Positions 57,851 to 60,309 of a DNA stretch of 60,309 bases are shown in pieces. This DNA comes from Stylophora pistillata (lineage: Eukaryota), in contig NW_019218045.1 in NCBI RefSeq assembly GCF_002571385.2, positions 216,663-276,971 on the forward strand. The letters are read 5' to 3'. Below the pieces are notes generated by a model. That model was not told where the DNA came from. It searched no databases and was given only the letters and a program-made list of their open reading frames with translations. A program made the translations under genes and the position numbers. Every line of letters begins with the position of its first letter. The first letter of the stretch is position 1.

Positions 57851-59481
57851 ACGGATTCATCGTGATGGAAAACCTCATCATAAAACTGTAAAGCTCCATG
57901 TACTTCGCTTTCGATACTCAATCATTTTCACTTGCTTCAAGTGTAAATCCATCGGCTGAAGGATCTCAATACTCACTGAGACTTTCCCGAAATCCAAAAA
58001 TGTAAACTAGGCTCAAAGAGGAATTTTAAAAAAATCAACAAAAATAAACCTATGAAGCCTTAGCATTCAAACTGAACTCAGAAAGAATCATCAGTTTTGG
58101 TATGATCGGAAGCTCCTTCCAACTTAGACTCAAACGTATATTTCATGGAGGTTTGAGTATCCCTTGGCATGTTTTCTTTTCAACAGGAGTTTTAAAATGT
58201 TTAACATGATCAAAAGAAGACACTAGAAAGCATCATGAACTTATTTCTGTGGACCATTTTAAGTTAACAGATTACATGGTGCCACATAATCCTGAAAGAG
58301 GAAATATATGTACGTCGGATTATAACTTTACAAACAAGTTATGTTCGGTTTGATTAGTTACCACCCATATTCTTCAGAACGGAGGCCAGCACTGTCTTAA
58401 ACTTTCTCTGTAACGATGGCTAAAATGTTCCTAGCAGAAGCGAAACAGAACAATATTTCTCGGAAGGCAAGCACCATGGAGACTTTTTGATTAACCGTTA
58501 GTATGTAGATGACACGAAAGTTTCTCTCACTGTTTAGTTGCTTAGCGATGATCTGGTCTGCAAAAGCATCCAAAGCAAATTGAAGAAGCTTCAGGTTGAT
58601 CTGCAATTCAGCAAAATAAAACTCTAAATAAATAAATTTCTCACACCTTTACCGAGCTGTGAATGTCCAGGGGTGATTCCTCAGAAATAAGACTGGTCGA
58701 AAACCTTTTTTATTGCTTTTCTTGAATGCTCCCTTTAATCGCTCCGTCAAAGAACAAAATCTCGCGATTTATTCCATCAGTTTACGTTATTATTTGAGGA
58801 AGCTGTATGCAAGGGTTTTAAAAACATAACTTACAAAAGAGCCGCCTGCATAGGTAGAAATTCGCGAGAATATGTAAGAGGTGATATTTACCTTCTAAAA
58901 AAGGTAACGTAATCTTCTCAGGACGTTCCTCGAGCCGTAGTAGTTAGAGTCGTTGTTTTCGTTCTAAGAAACGGCTTTGTATACACTTTGAATTGTGTTT
59001 TTTTTCTTTTCCATAGATTTGTTTCTACATAATAATACCTCAAAGGGATTGATTTTTGCATGAAAACTGAGCAAGAACCAAAAAAATACAGGCCACCACG
59101 CCTCCTGAGTATTCGACCCATCAAGGCTATTCCCGATCTTGTTATGTATTGTTCACCCCTTGTTCTATTTATATAGTTCTTTTTCTTGCTAAGAACAACC
59201 TATTACAATTCAAAAATGATTTTTATGAGCGTTAGCCATTGACTATAGTCGGTGACAGAGATACTACTGTTATGCAGTTGAGTAAGAATGAGAGTGCATA
59301 GTTCTAAGTTTCGTACCGATATATCTCCAATGGCAGACTTGATCAGATTGACTTTCACCCTGAAACATGGACACAACTGAAAATCAAACTTAAACCAAAT
59401 AAGAAAAGGAAGCCTTTTCTCACTAGTTCGTTCACTTTTAAGACACAAACGTGTGTCCTATTTCTTTATTTGAAGAAATTA

Positions 59482-60309
59482 GGAAATCGGAAAGTGCAAC
59501 TTAAATGGTGAACTCTTACTGGCATTCTGCTCTGAGTACAAGCTAGTCATCACTAGCACTGTCTTCAAACACAAGTATCATCACAAAACTACCTGGATGC
59601 ATCCTCGGTCAAAGCATTGGCAGCTATTAGATTATTTGATAACACTGCAGAGCGATACGAAAGATGTGTTGGACACTAGAGCAATGAGAGGGTCTGACTG
59701 CTCGACAGATCACAACATGATTCGATCTAAACTCGCTTTCTTACTGCGGAAAGCCATTAAGAAGACTAAAGGAAAACCAACATCCAAGATGAATGTGGCT
59801 AAGTTGCGAAATGAGAAAGTATGCAGGGCGATCCAGAAAATGGACAAGATCATGGAAGATAAGTAGGATGAAAACCTGGATTTAGAGGAGCAGTGGGACA
59901 GGTTGAAGACCACTGCCTACCAAACAGCTGGAGATATGCTTGGTAAACCAGACCGGAAACACTAAGACTGGTTTGATGAGAGTGATGTTGAGCTTAACAC
60001 CTTGCTTGGCGAACGAAATAAGGCTAAAGCAAACGAACTAAAAAGAAAAACACGAGCGAGCAGCTCTAGGCTTGCTACAGCCAGAAGCAAACTTCAGAGG
60101 TATACCAGAGAAAAGAAGTCTCAGTGGTGGGAAGAGAAAGCAGTAGAATTACAGCAGGCAGCAGACCAAAATGACATGAAGGCATTCTGCAATGGCCTTA
60201 GAGAGGTGTATGGACCACAGAAGAGAGGGAGTGCCCAACTAATAGTGCTTGACGGAGTAACAGTCTTGAAGAAAAAGGACGAGATTCTGAACAGATTTGC
60301 CCAGCATTT
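59482..60309 (+). mobile_element. RTE-clade LINE ORF2 fragment (end of APE plus linker), degenerate, runs off the window
   Basis: GKCNLNGELLLAFC...KTTWMHPRSKHWQLLDY...AMRGSDCSTDHNMIRSKL...DWFDE...WWEEKA...LREVYGP, with in-frame stops. Confidence 0.92.

Noticed and set aside
56050-58970. Possible minus-strand gene around the CR1 fragment
   Set aside because: Splice-like sites are present, but every candidate exon has stops and no domain is recognisable. Cannot support a call.

Overview
Eukaryotic, AT-rich, intron-containing genomic DNA, most likely a cnidarian such as a stony coral. This is inferred from the repeat types and is not proven. From left to right: (1) the last ten exons of ERGIC1 (+). 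(2) A minus-strand coiled-coil gene whose intron holds a P-element remnant and an L2/CR1-group LINE fragment. (3) A divergently transcribed multi-exon gene I cannot identify (+). (4) A multi-exon SWIM zinc-finger gene (+) whose C-terminal half carries CYREN/MRI-like motifs. (5) The main feature, a 23-kb tandem array of four minus-strand secreted CAP-superfamily (GAPR-1/GLIPR2-type) genes, each built as signal-peptide exon, then long and mutually unrelated low-complexity exon(s), then a single-exon CAP domain. All their introns are phase 1 and one paralog has a TSP1 exon. (6) A repeat-rich tail with a histone H4 pseudogene, a 48-bp minisatellite, and CR1 and RTE LINE fragments. There are many MITEs and SINEs, a Penelope GIY-YIG fragment and two hammerhead-ribozyme motifs. 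An ~870-bp N gap and two single-N junctions show assembly limits. All gene models were built by eye from GT/AG sites and reading-frame phase and need RNA-seq confirmation.
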